Assembly (NCBI RefSeq): GCF_006345805.1
Contig: NC_043026.1
Coordinates: 11,532,001 to 11,596,000, forward strand
Length of the DNA: 64,000 nt
Source of the DNA: Octopus sinensis
Lineage: Eukaryota
Reading direction: 5' to 3'
Shown piece by piece: positions 23,770 through 37,069 of the stretch (position 1 is its first letter; each line of letters begins with the position of its first letter). Below the pieces are notes generated by a model that had not been told where the DNA came from, ran no database searches, and saw only the letters and a list, made by a program, of their open reading frames with translations. The position numbers and the translations under genes are program-made.

Positions 23770-24302
23770 TTAATGGATCAATTATTTTGATATGGTGTTT
23801 CATTTCTCTTTAAGGGGAACATATTTTTTTATTTCCTTTTTTAATTATATACACTGTGTTAATTACAATAAAAGGTTTTTTTTTATCTTGTTTCCTTTAT
23901 TTTTTATTATAGTAATTAAAATGTACTTTTGCTCATTTGGATTTAAATGAGTTAACTCAAACATTGAAAAAATACATATAACTTTACTATCTTCGATTTT
24001 TTTATAAGATATATTGCTTTTAAATCAAAGGAATATTTTTTAAAAAATGTGATAGTTTATTTACAATGATATTTAAAACAAGGAGTTACACACAAAGTTA
24101 TCTTGCAGACATCACACATGTATCTGCTTTCTCTTTGAATCAGACAAGCAATTGATTATCTTCTCTGTCATCTTCTGAAAAGTTGTCAGAATCTGAACTA
24201 CACATGTCTAATTCATCCCCAAAGCTTTCCAGATCGTGAAATGAAAAATAGCTTTGTGATCGCTGAATATATCTAAATCTTCATCCATTTTGAGAGAAAA
24301 AA

Positions 24303-24695
24303 AGGCGCAGGAGTGGCTGTGTGGTAAGTAGCTTGCTAACCAACCACATGGTTCCAGGTTCAGTCCCACTGCGTGGCATCTTGGGCAAGTGTCTTCTGCT
24401 ATAGCTCCGGGCCGACCAATGTCTTGTGAGTGGATTTGGTAGATGGAAACTGAAAGAAGCCCGTCGTATATGTATATATATGTATGTGTATATATGTTTG
24501 TGTGTCTGTGTTTGTCCCCACAACATCACTTGACAACCGATGCTGGTGTGTCTACGTCCCCGTAACTTAGCAGTTCGGCAAAAGAGACCGATAGAATAAA
24601 TACTAGGTTTACAAAGAATAAGTCATGCGATCGATTTGCTTGACTAAAGGCAGTGCTCCAGCATGGCTGCAGTCAAATGACTGAAACAAGTAAAT
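24303..24695 (+). mobile_element. SINE family 1
   Basis: Full match. Confidence 0.85.
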
Positions 24696-24779
24696 ACGTA
24701 AATGTTATGCAAATGTATTTTCATAAATCTGGTATGATATTTTTTGTATAGTGTCAGTATCTCATAGAAAACACCTGTG

Positions 24780-25000
24780 CTGATCCCACATATAGAGCAG
24801 CTGTGCCAGTATCATGTAAAAAGCCCCCATCGCACACTGTGAAGTGGTTGGCATTAGGAAGGGCATCCAACCATAGAAACGAAGTCAATACAGACAATTG
24901 GAGCCTGGATATCTCTCCAGCTGGCCACGTCCAGAACGTAGTGGCTGACGAAATACTGCTAAGCATTTCGCCTGGCGTGCTAACGTTTCTGCCAGCTCAC
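24780..25000. mobile_element. Adjacent fragments of SINE family 3 (+) and family 2 (-)
   Basis: GGCATTAGGAAGGGCATCC then GACGAAATACTGCTAAGCATTTCGCC. Confidence 0.55.
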
Positions 25001-25168
25001 TGCCTTGTTTAAATTAAATTCTGTTAGATCCTTCCCAAGGAAACCGGTGGTTGTCATAGTGAAAGGTGACACTCTACACGTGATAAACGAGGGATTTGTC
25101 ATTAATTTTTGACATGATGGAAGTCTCCTCGTTAGAAGTATTAGATAGGTTGGTATGAGATAGATATT

Positions 25169-25581
25169 GGATCTTTTCGGTTTGAACGGTAGTTTTTTCT
25201 AGTGGTGTCATATGAAATTGTCACCCATAATTATGACCCTAGTATCGATCCATTGCATTTCAATCTGTTTTAGGGTTGGTTAGGGGAAGGGTATCTTTTT
25301 TTCTTCACAAATGTAAATAAACCCAATCTGTTTCTTAAACGAGGGACATATTCATACGGCACAGAATGTTTGTTTTTTACCTCAATAGACGTCAGTGATT
25401 GGTTGAAATTGCAGAAATTGAAGAAAAAACAACAACAAATATCTTACAAACTATAGAATTTTCTCAATAAAACCAAGAGAAAAAGATGTTTTATAAACAC
25501 ATTCTACCAGTATACGAAGTTTAAAATTTTTTAGTTACCTAGAAATTATGTTAAAAACTGCCGTTCAAACCAAAAAGATCC
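25169..25581. mobile_element. MITE with GGATCTTTTCGGTTTGAACGG TIRs
   Basis: TIR pair at 25169 and 25561-25581; partial copies near 20589, 55200-55383 and 59220-59460. Confidence 0.7.
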
Positions 25582-25848
25582 TAGATATCTTTATTGAAAT
25601 AAACAATCGTGATTCGTTCATCACTGTACTTCACTAAATATAGAGAAGGCTACATATACTAGTCTTATAGATTCAATCAATGAAATCACTGCTGGCAAAA
25701 GTACTTATTTATATTTCTCAAAAACTTTATTATATGTGCTTCGCTATATATTTCATGGTGTCATTCAACTGGGACTGTTGAATTTCCCAGCACTGGGGAA
25801 AACGAAAAGTTCTAAAACGGAAATATACAGAAATTCCATTATTATTTT

Positions 25849-26990
25849 TATCTCTTATTATAAAAGGCAGATTTTATCTGCCTCCCTTTGTCTCTTATAG
25901 AAATCTACAATATAGGATTTCTTCAATTACAATTTACCTAGCATTTTTAAGAGTAGAATCTCTTATTATAAAAGGCAGATTTTATCTGCCTCCCTTTGTC
26001 TCTTATAGAAATCTACAATATAAGATTTCTTCAATTACAATTTACCTAGCATTTTTAAGAGTAGAATACATCAGGTCGTGCCAGGTCCAGTTTTTCAAAT
26101 TTCACCCCCAATTAAGCAAAATTTCGAGAAAACTCACATTGTGGTGTGTGAGTGAAGTGCTTTTCTTAGTGTGTGCTACAGCACACACACACACAAAAAC
26201 AGAGCGAACTGCTTCACTCATGCTATCACCCTAATTTCTCCTACTTTCTCTTTGCAAGTGTACTTTACAACACTACTCAAAAAAAAAAAAACAGCAAACA
26301 GAAACAAATACATAACGATTTACTCCTCACACAATTTCTTCAATTACAGTTTACCTATGATTTTTACAAGTACTTCCATTCGGTCATGCCATACAAAATT
26401 TCTTTCAATTTCACCCCCAATTAAGACAAAATTCGAGAAAACTCAATATTTTAACATTTCACTCTTTCACTTTGAAGCCTTTACTCTGCCTATTACTCCC
26501 ACTTCCTCTTTAGACACATAGACATGCTAATATATACAACAGTGTCAATTGTTGACAGACATTGTAAGCTAACGTGTGTGTGTGTGTGTGAGACGGGTGA
26601 GCCATTCAGACTGGTCATCCATTTTGGCTAGAAGAAGATCCCTTATGGTCTTATATGCTACACCACTGGTTTTCAGTTCAAGAAGGACTATTCATTATAA
26701 TACATCAGTTCCACTCATTTACCCTGGTTCCATTTCGGACAACTTAAAAATTTCAATTCATTTTCTTTTTCAATTTACGTTTCTATACACTTTACGCAAA
26801 TATTTGATTAAACAACTAAAACACTTCACATTTCGAACATGTACGTAAACTACTTCCTTTCTTGCAAATCTAACTTTCTTTTCTGGCTTTTAACTCAAAT
26901 TTCTATACATTTTACACACTCTGTCGCTATACTTGCATAAAAAATTTCTTTCAGCTGCTAATATTTATTTCTTTTCCTTCCACGGTTTTC
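25849..26990 (+). mobile_element. Helitron-like non-autonomous element (5' end duplicated)
   Basis: TCTCTTATTATAAAAGGCAG start, about 110 bp repeated twice; resembles the TC..TATATAAA..GGCAG 5' end at 33171; 3' end unresolved. Confidence 0.45.
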
Positions 26991-27785
26991 CGTAAGTTAA
27001 CTAGACAGGAACGTATCCACACAGGTGAGAGACCTTATCAGTGTGATATCTGTGGAAAATCATTCTGTCAGAATGGGGAATTGTTCTCACACAGGCATAT
27101 TCATACAGGAGAGAAACCATATCACTGTGATATCTGTGGTAAATCATTCTCTCAGAATGGTGAATTAACTGTTCACATGTATATCCACACTGGGCAGAAA
27201 CCATACCAGTGTGATATCTGCGGTAAATCATTCTCTTGTAACCCTCGCTTAACTGTACACAAACGTATTCATACAGGAGAAAAGCCATATCATTGTGATA
27301 TTTGTGGTAAATCATTCTCACAAAATGAACATTTGACTGTACACGAACAAAGTCATACAGGAGAAAAACCATATCACTGTGATATTTGTGGGAAAGCATT
27401 CTCTGTAAATAGTAGGTTAAAAACGCACAAACTTATTCACACAGGTGAGAAACCATATAGTTGTGATATCTGTGGCAAATCATTCTCTTTAAGGGGCAAT
27501 TTAACTACACACAAGCGTATTCACACAGGAGAGAAACCATATTGTTGTGATATCTGTGGCAAATCATTTCCTCGAACCGATGGTTTGACTGTCCACAAAT
27601 ACAGTCATACAGGTGAGAGACCATATTGTTGTGATATCTGTGGTAAATCATTTTCTCGAAATCACAACCTGACCGACCACAAACAGATTCATACAGGAGA
27701 GAAACCATATCGCTGTGATATCTGTGGCAAATCATTCCTTCGAAATCGAGATTTAACTATTCACATACGTGTTCACACAGAATAG
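26991..27785 (+). pseudogene. ZNF-D: 5'-truncated orphan C2H2 array (9 fingers + partial)
   Basis: Finger homology begins mid-helix (RKLTRQERIH) at 26991; no ATG before the first fingers (ORF-track start is TTG); no conserved leader. Confidence 0.7.
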
Positions 27786-27856
27786 AGACCTTATCAGTGT
27801 GATATCTATGGTAAATACTTCTCTGTATTAAGTTCCTTAATTAATCACAAACATAT

Positions 27857-28520
<664 letters not shown>

Positions 28521-28888
28521 GCACGGAGGCCAGATAGCTGCTCTGATTGTTGCCAGAGCGGCTATCCGGCCTTTGTGCCGATGGCACGTAAAAATCACCA
28601 TCCGAGTGGTATCGTTACCAGCATCGCCTTACTGGCACCTGTGCTGGTGGCATGTGTAAAAGATTTGAGCGAGGTCGTTGCCAGTGCCGCCTGACTAGCC
28701 CCATGCTGGTGGCACGTAAAAGCACCCACTACACTCTCGGAGTGGTTGGTGTTAGGAAGGGCATCCAGCTGTAGAAACTCTGCCGGATCAAGATTGGAGC
28801 CTGGTGCAGCCATCTGGTTCGCCAGCCCTCAGTCATACGTCCAACCCATGCTAGCATGGAAAGCGGACGTTAAACGATGATGATGATC
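28521..28888 (+). mobile_element. SINE family 3
   Basis: Family core and GAT tail. Confidence 0.8.
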
Positions 28889-29254
28889 TTTAGTAAATCT
28901 TTCTCTTGAACAAGTCAGAAACCATATGAGTGTGATGTCTGGCAAATCATTCTCCTGAAGGATTCGCTTATCAAAATATGTTGGTATTCATATTCTACAG
29001 TGACTGTATCTGTGTGAAACTCCAAGTCATCAATGATAGTGTCAATAAATCGGGAATTTATCTTTTTTGGTATTTAATATATTTTTATTTGCCTTTATTG
29101 TCCAAATTCATTCTACTGCCTTCTGAGGTATTCTGTATATGTCAACATGGAGAAAGTCTTTGACAGCATCCTATAGTCTCATACAAGATGGTATCGAAAC
29201 GTTGCATGACTAGTTATGTTTAGTAAAAAAGATAAGTTATCTACCAGGATAACT

Positions 29255-29669
29255 GGTGCAGGAGTGGCTGTGTGGTAAGTAGCTTGTTTACCAACCACAT
29301 GGTTCCGGGTTCAGTCCCACTGCGTGGCACCTTGGGCAAGTGTCTTCTACTATAGCCTCGGGCCGACCAAAGCCTTGTGAGTGGATTTGGTAGACGGAAA
29401 CTGAAAGAAGCCCGTCGTATATATGTGTATATATATATATGTATATGTGTGTGTGTGCGTGTATGTTTGTGTTTGTCCCCCTAGCATTGCTTGACAACCG
29501 ATGCTGGTGTGTTTATGTCCCCGTCACTTAGCAGTTCGGCAAAAGAGACCGATAGAATAAGTACTGGGCTTACAAAGAATAAGTCCCGGGGTCGAGTTGC
29601 TCGACTAAAGGCGGTGCTCCAGCATGGCCGCAGTCAAATGACTGAAACAAGTAAAAGAGTAAAGAGTAC
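29255..29669 (+). mobile_element. SINE family 1
   Basis: Full match. Confidence 0.85.
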
Positions 29670-29679
29670 TACCTGAGTG

Positions 29680-30100
29680 TTTTTAACATCATCTCCTTTG
29701 AAATAGTCACCTTGGACAGCAATACACCTGTCGCAGCATTCCTGCCACTTTTGGAATCCTGTCTGGAAGCTGTTTTCCGCAAGCGAGTCAAGAACCTTCG
29801 GTGATTCACTCTGGATCTTGACAAAGATGTTAAAACAGCGACCTTTCAGATGCGTTTTCATCTCGGGGGAGGAGATGGAATTTCGTAGGTGCTAAATCTG
29901 GCGAAAAGGGTTTGTAGAGGCCATACAATGTTGTTCATGTGTTGCATTGTCTTCATGAAGAATCCAGATGTTAGGATTGCCTGCAGGAACGCATTCGACT
30001 GACCAATAGACATCTGATAATCCTCATACACAAGCTGATGAATTTCCTCCACATTTCTTGGGGTGCAGCTTATGGCAGGTCTTCCAGGGACATTCCCTCT
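29680..30100 (-). mobile_element. Decayed mariner-like transposase C-terminus
   Basis: ...FQKWQECCDRCIAVQGDYFKGD resembles the mariner C-terminal W..RW.KC...G.YF motif. Confidence 0.6.
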
Positions 30101-30101
30101 T

Positions 30102-30593
30102 TACTCTTTTTTACTCTTTTACTTGTTTCAGTCATTTGACTGCGGTCATGCTGGAGCACCGCCTTTAGTCAGGCAAATCGACCCCGGGACTTATTCTTTT
30201 TTGTAAGCCCAGTACTTATTCTATCGGTCTCTTTTGCCGAACCGCTAAGTGACGGGGATGTAAACACACCAGCATCAGTTGTCAAGCAATGCTAGGGGGA
30301 CAAACACAAACACACACTTGCATATATATACATATATAAACACACCAGCATCGGTTGTCAAGCAATGCTAGGGGGACAAACACAGACACACAAACACACA
30401 CACATATATATATATATACATACATATATATGACAGGCTTCTTTCAGTTTCCGTCTACCAAATCCACTCACAAGGCATTGGTCGACCCGGGGCTATAGCA
30501 GAAGACACTTGCCCAAGATGCCACGCAGTGGGACTGAACCCGGAACCATGTGGTTGGTTAGCAAGCTACTTACCACACAGCCACTCCTGCGCC
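30102..30593 (-). mobile_element. SINE family 1 with internal duplication
   Basis: Reverse-complement match. Confidence 0.85.
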
Positions 30594-30868
30594 TTCCACT
30601 TTTAATAAATGCCTCTGCCACTTGAAACATTGCATTCAATCCATTGCCTTGTCACCATATGCTTGCCAAAGCATGCTCTGTATCTCTGTAGCAGATGTCC
30701 CAAGTTTAACTCAAATCTTCACATTTGCTTTTTGTTCCAACTTCCTGTCCGTGATAAAAATCGCAGACAACAGCATACGTGCGATCACAAGAAAATGCAA
30801 ATTTCACAAATTGCGAAATAAAAACAGCATTTTCTGTTGCTTTAAATAAATGATGATGATGATGATGA

Positions 30869-31157
30869 TATATATATATATATATATGTACCGGAGTAAA
30901 CACATAAATGTGAAACAAGGTGGAAAAAAGAGTACTCAAATACCAGTGGTAGAGTAATATGCTTTATTTAAAGCAGCAGAAAATTCAACAAAACCTGTTA
31001 CTCTGAGTTTCACGTGAAACTCAGAGTAACAAGTTTTGTTGAATTTTCTGTGCTTTAAATAAAGCATATTACTCTACCACTGGTATTTGAGTACTCTTTT
31101 TTCCACCTTGTTTCACATTTATGTGTTTACTCCGGTACATATATATATATATATATA
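30869..31157. repeat. Near-perfect spacerless palindrome (about 125-bp arms plus (TA)n)
   Basis: Centre CAC|GTG at 31013/4; 1 mismatch and 1 indel between the arms. Confidence 0.9.
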
Positions 31158-31858
31158 ATGTAATAATTAAAATATATGCATACATACAAACATATATGTA
31201 CGTACCTACATCTACATGTATATATACATGCATATATAAATAAATATACGTGAGTACAGGACGTAGAAATGGGAAAAACATAAAATTATAACAAGAAAAT
31301 AAGGAAAAGTCCCCGGTCATTTTTGACATAATGGAAGTCTTGTTACAGAATCATTAGATAGGTTGATATATAATATATAATAAAATATATAATAAAATAT
31401 ATAATAAAATATATAATATATATAATAAAATATATAATGAAATTATTGTATACAGTGCTCAGGTGCACCACAACTTGTCAGAAAGTGCATATAAAGTACA
31501 TGCAGTAATGTACAAATGTCTAGAAAGTGAACAATGTATGATTCAGATACATGCTTGCGTGTGTATGGAGGGGAGAAAATCAGGTGTAGTGTTGGCGAAT
31601 CTCAGAAAGCATGGAAGTTTTGAAGGATGCAATGCTCCAACAACTAACAACTGATGCCGGCAGTTTGTTCCATGCTTCAGCAACTCTATGAAATAGATAT
31701 CTTTATTGGAATAAACATACCCATACGTGTCGCCAAGGATTAACCTAGATTAAAACTAAGTCTTGGTAACGTCCGAAAATGCAATTTCGTTGGAACAGAT
31801 CTAACAAACAATAATAAATCTCGGAGCGAGTTATAAACGGTAACTACAACACATTGTG

Positions 31859-32170
31859 ACGTATATTTGCCATTTAAATATGGCTAACCCCTGAGGGTGG
31901 ATGCTACTGTAGTTTGTAGCCCCAGGAGGGCACCTCCTCCAGCTGGCTATAGACACTTTCTGTGCCTTATCACTATTTGCAAAGGGAAGCCATCCTTCCT
32001 GTCCGTGTGTATCATGAGTTGAAGATGGGAATGATGGCTTCCCTTTGCAAACACTGATAAGGCACAGAAAGTGTGTCTAAAGCCAGCTGGAGGATGTGTC
32101 CTCCTGGGGCTACAAACTACAGTAGCATCCACCCTTAGGGGTTAGCCACGTTTAAATGGCAAATATACGT
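31859..32170. mobile_element. Foldback MITE with about 135-bp TIRs
   Basis: ACGTATATTTGCCATTTAAA.../...TTTAAATGGCAAATATACGT. Confidence 0.75.
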
Positions 32171-32386
32171 AAAGATCTAACAAAGAATTGCATTTAAATG
32201 TAATACTCTTATGGGGTCCCATCATTCGTTAAAGTGTAGACTTCAGAACTTCCTGGCAAAGATATTGTGCTTTGTAATAAGAAATACGCTGAATTTGCAG
32301 GGGAAATAGTTTCTGCAGTCTTTGTTTACCTACTTTAAATAAATGTACAATTTTCAGCTTTTAGTTACATTGTCATTTATTCATCA

Positions 32387-33171
32387 CTAGCAGCATTGCC
32401 CGGGTATGTAAGAGCCCCTAGTAGGCAACAACTAATCCCAATCTAGTCCTTTCCCTCTAGGGAACGAAGGCGCATGTGTAGGTTGCAATGTCTTCTCTTC
32501 ACTCGAATACTTTTGTGTATACGATGTTCCTAGCTGTCCCTTTGGGCGATAAAAAGGTCGATTTGCGTCCCCTAGAGTGTCAGTGGTTTGTGTTTAATAC
32601 ACAAATCGGTTTGCTATGTGTGCCACATATGATTTAATTAACCGATTTTTTCCAGTAATAAAGTATCTTATTGGAATAAAAAGGGCCATATAGCTTCTTG
32701 GAGCAGACATGATGCTCGCTGTGAATTTAAAAAAAAATTCCTGCCAATTTGTGAAAGATATTGTCGAAAATATGCCATCTTGAATTTGAACACGATTTCC
32801 CAAATGGCATGATTTTATCGATTTTTTCTGATGGTAAGGTATTGCATGGAAAACTAATGTCAGAATTAAGTTTCTTAGGGTAACATTAAGCTTCACCATG
32901 AGTTTGATGAAAATCGATTGCAAGTTGTGAAAACTACAACAGAAAATGTGTTGCATATAAAAAGCTTAGATTCTCGACCGCATGTCGAATTTATCAATTT
33001 TTTTCAGAACTGGGGGAACTTTTCAAAATTTTCGCTGCGTTAGTTTTGAATTATGACATTGGGCTATGTGTGTGCCAAGTTTCATCAGAATCGATTGAAA
33101 GCCGTGGTCAGGGTGAGGGTACAACCTGACAGACACACAGACAGACAAACTGCCGTTTATATATAGAGAGA
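32387..33171 (-). mobile_element. Non-autonomous Helitron-like element
   Basis: Minus strand A|TCTCTCTATATATAAACGGCAG... to CCCGGGC...GCTAG|T; A/T target, no TSD. Confidence 0.7.
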
Positions 33172-33187
33172 TTATACTTCACTATAT

Positions 33188-33400
33188 AGGGCGGCGAGCA
33201 GGGTGATATGCGTAGCCGTATTTCGTCTGCCGCTACGTTCTGAGTTCAAATTCCGCCGAGGTCGACTTTGCCTTTCATCCTCTCGGGCTCGATAAATAAA
33301 GTACCAGTTTCGTACTGGGTCGATGTAATCGACTTAATCCCTTTGTCTGTCCTTGTTTGTCCCCTCCATGTTTAGCCCCTTGTGGGTAGTAAAAAATATA
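33188..33400 (+). mobile_element. SINE family 2
   Basis: Family match; followed by a family 1 tail at about 33415-33530. Confidence 0.8.
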
Positions 33401-33623
33401 TATACTTCACTATAGAGACTGATAGAATAAGTACTGGGCTTACAAAGAATAAGTCCCGGGGTCGATTTGCTCACTAAAGGCGGTGCTCCAGCATGGCCGC
33501 AGTCAAATGACTGAAACAAGTAAAAGAGTATATACAGCGATGGTTACATATTTAATATGCCCTTAGTGGTTAGCCATATTGATGGCTAGTATACTTTACA
33601 TTATTGTTTTGATTTCAATTAAA

Positions 33624-33708
33624 GGCGATCCTTCAGTATAGGTACCGTAATTGGCTTTGTTTACATTTCTGAAGACAACAGAAACCCTTTTCTCCCACCC
33701 CTAACCCC

Positions 33709-33750
<42 letters not shown>

Positions 33751-33800
33751 CACTCTTGAAATGTATCAGGTACTTCCAGTACCTATACCGAAGTTAGGCC
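33624..33800. mobile_element. GGCGATC-type MITE, second subfamily
   Basis: GGCGATCCTTCAGTATAGGTAC.../GTACCTATACCGAAG; sister copy at 34322-34497. Confidence 0.6.
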
Positions 33801-33931
33801 CAATTAAAATTTAAACAATTCCAGTATGACGTTTTGCATAGTTCAAGTAAAGTGTTTGTTTTTTTTAGAAATAATACTTATGTATTTTTTCTCGGAGAAT
33901 ATAAGCAAAAATGAGTACGTTTCGCCACCTC

Positions 33932-33952
33932 TTTCCGAGTCTATTTTTATAA
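33932..33952 (+). promoter_or_regulatory. Conserved upstream motif of ZNF-E
   Basis: TTTCCGAGTCTATTTTTATAA, 98 bp before the donor. Confidence 0.5.
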
Positions 33953-34321
33953 TTTCCTTTATGAAAGGTGTTGAATGGCGTCAGAAAGTAATCTTTTTGT
34001 GTAATTCCTGAGAAATTTCACAAGAAACACAGATTTTTGTAGCATAACAGGTAAGACAAAATAATACAGATATTTTAGTGAAAGTAATATAAAATCTTTT
34101 GATGTTGCTTGTTACATATTAAATTATATTCTCCACATTTTGTCTAAAAATCAATGATCAAACAGATTTAGACGTAAATGTACAGGGTGTGACAACTAAA
34201 TATTTTAAGATCGAACCGTCATCACGTACCTCTCAGATGGTGTAGATTGCGATTTTATCGGAATTGAATGGTGTTGAAAGAAAATAAATAAGGATTGGTG
34301 ATAATTCACGCAAAATCGAGG

Positions 34322-34497
34322 GGCGATCTTTCGGTATAGGTACCGGAAGTACCGGATACATTTCAACAAAGTGTTTGTTTTTTTTTATAGATATAGGGGG
34401 TTTAGGGTTAGGGTTAGGGGTGGGAGAAAAGGGTTTCTGTTGTTATCTTCAGAAATGTAAACAAAGCCACTTACGGTACCTATACCGAAGGATCGCC
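34322..34497. mobile_element. GGCGATC-type MITE, second subfamily
   Basis: TIRs GGCGATCTTTCGGTATAGGTACC / GGTACCTATACCGAAGGATCGCC. Confidence 0.75.
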
Positions 34498-34551
34498 GGA
34501 AATTTTATTTAAAAATACTCGGTTTTTCAGAAAGTTTTTTTTTTTTCTCAC

Positions 34552-34950
34552 TCTCTTTACTCTTTTACTTGTTTCAGTCATTTGACTGCGGCCATGCTGG
34601 AGCACCGCCTTTAATCGAGCAGCTCGACCCCGGGACTTATTCTTTTTGTAAGCCCAGTACTTATTCTATCGGTCTCTTTTGCCGAACCGCTAAGTGACGG
34701 GGACATAAACACACCAGCATCGGTTGTCAAACAATGCTAGGGGGACAAACACACACTCGCATATATTTATATATATATATATATATGTATATATATACAT
34801 ATATATATACGACGGGCTTTCAGTTTCCTTCTACCAAATCCACTCACAAGGCTCTGGTCGGCCTGAGGCTATAGTAGAAGACACTTGCCCAAGATGCCAT
34901 GCAGTGGGACTGAACCCGGAAGCTACTTACCACACAGCCACTCCTGCGCC
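34552..34950 (-). mobile_element. SINE family 1
   Basis: Reverse-complement match. Confidence 0.8.
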
Positions 34951-35106
34951 CGTTTATTTTCTCTTATTCCTTACTGTTGAAGAGCATGGGCTCAAACCTA
35001 AAATACCTTCTCCCTTTCCTGTGCATCAAACTAATATACTTGCTTGTTGTTCCTACACCTGTCTTTGTCATTTGGTTTTCTGTAAATTTCAACTATATAT
35101 ATATAT

Positions 35107-35490
35107 AGGCGCAGGAGTGGCTGCGTAGTAAGTAGCTTGTTTACCAACCACATGGTTCCGGGTTCAGTCCCACTGCGTGGTATTTTGGGCAAGTGTCTTC
35201 TGCTATAGCCCCGGGCCGACCAAAGCCTTGTGAGTGGATTTGGTAGACGGAAACTGAAAGAAGCCTGTCGTATATATGTGTATGTGTGTGTGTTTGTCCC
35301 CCTAGCATTGCTTGACAACCGATGCTGGTGTGTTTATGTCCCCGTCACCTAGCGGTTCGGCAAAAGAGACTGATAGAATAAGTACTGGGCTTACAAAGAA
35401 TAAGTCCCGGGCTCGATTTGCTCGACTAAAGGCGGTGCTCCAGCATGGCCGCAGTCAAATGACTGAAACAAGTAAAAGAGTAAAGAGAGA
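35107..35490 (+). mobile_element. SINE family 1
   Basis: Full match. Confidence 0.85.
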
Positions 35491-35677
35491 GTATAGGCAG
35501 TATTTTGGTTGTTTATAAATGCCCATTTTTTTAGACATAATTTCATCCCATTTTATTTGCTTTACTTCATGTTTTCTATTATTGATGTTTCACTCATGTT
35601 GCATGACTTGCCAGCATTCTTCCCACATGTCATATTGTCACACTATGTGTAAGTGTGTGTGTTAATACAGATATATA

Positions 35678-35900
35678 AAGCTGGCAGAAACGTTAGCACG
35701 CCGGGCGAAATGCGTAGCCGTATTTCGTCTGCCGTTATGTTCTGAGTTCAAATTCCTCCGAGGTCGACTTTGCCTTTCATCCTTTCAGGGTCGATAAATT
35801 AAGTACCAGTTACGCACTGGGGTCGATGTAATCGACTCAATCCCTTTGTCTGTCCTTGTTTGTCCCCTCTATGTTTAGCCCCTTGTGGGCAGTAAAGAAA
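35678..35900 (+). mobile_element. SINE family 2
   Basis: Full match. Confidence 0.8.
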
Positions 35901-36094
35901 TATATATACAACAGGTTTCCACGCAGAAAATTGTCTTTGTGGAAATTCATTCACAAGACTTGTGTTGACCTGGGACTATAGTGGAAGACATGTCCAAGAT
36001 GCCACTCAGTGGAATTGAACTTCAGACTTCATAGTTCTTCACAACTCACCAAATCCTATTCTATACGTACATTTATTTATCTACACTATATTAA

Positions 36095-36515
36095 GGTGGC
36101 CGATGCCAGCGCCGTCTAGACTGGCTTCCGTGCCGGTGGCACATAAAAAGCGCTATCCGAATCGTGGCCGATGCCAGCACCGCCTTGACTGGCTTCCGTG
36201 CCAGTGGCACGTAAAAAGCACCATCCGAATCGTGGCCGATGCCAGTGCCGCCTCGACCGGCTTCCGTGCCGGTGGCATGTAAAATGCACCGATCTGATTA
36301 TGGCTGTTGCCAGCCTCGCCTAGCACCTGTGGAGGTGGCACGTAAGAAGCACCCACTACACTCATGAAGTGGTTGGCATTAGGAAGGGCATCCACCTGTA
36401 GAAACACTGCCAGATCAGACTGGAGCCTGGTGCAGCCTTCTAGCTTCCCAGATCCCCGGTTGAATCGTCCAACCTGTGCTAGCATGGAGAACGGACGTTA
36501 AACGATGATGATGAT
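36095..36515 (+). mobile_element. SINE family 3 with internal tandem repeats
   Basis: GTGGCCGATGCCAG...AAAAAGC..ATCCGAATC x3, then core and GAT tail. Confidence 0.8.
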
Positions 36516-37069
36516 TATAATATATATCTTGAAAAGAGGTAGACTACAGTTCAGTTGTTCAGATAAATGTTTATTTCTACAGCTTCTTTCTATATGTAAT
36601 ATACTAAAATTTCTTTTGTTGTATTCTAAGTCCTCCCTTTATCTTATTCTGTTGTTTCTTTATTATTTCAGACATTGGCACCAAAGAATTTTATACATCA
36701 GATACCTCATCAATGTTTATCATCTTTTGAAGACTAAAAAAAAGTGTTTGACAGGAAAGATATAACTCTTCTTATATAAATCTACGACCAATTACAGGTT
36801 TATATATTTTGTAAACTGAGATTGACAGCAATAATTCTTTTATTGTCTGTCTGGAATGCGAACAAGATGACTTTCCATTTGAATTAAAAAGGACTTTACG
36901 ACTTGTTCAAGATATTGACACAAAAATCATAGTAATAGAAATATTTAATAGCAATAAAATATAGAAATGTAAAGAAGATAAATATCTCTATAATGTCATG
37001 AGAAAACATAAACAATGGAAGCTGGATGTTGTGTGAATAAGTTTAAATATAAAACACAAAAGTATTGAT

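Larger units (their letters stand above)
34051..36671 (+). other. Predicted 5'UTR intron of ZNF-E
   Basis: ACAG|GTAAGA at 34050/1; ATTTCAG| at 36671. Confidence 0.65.
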
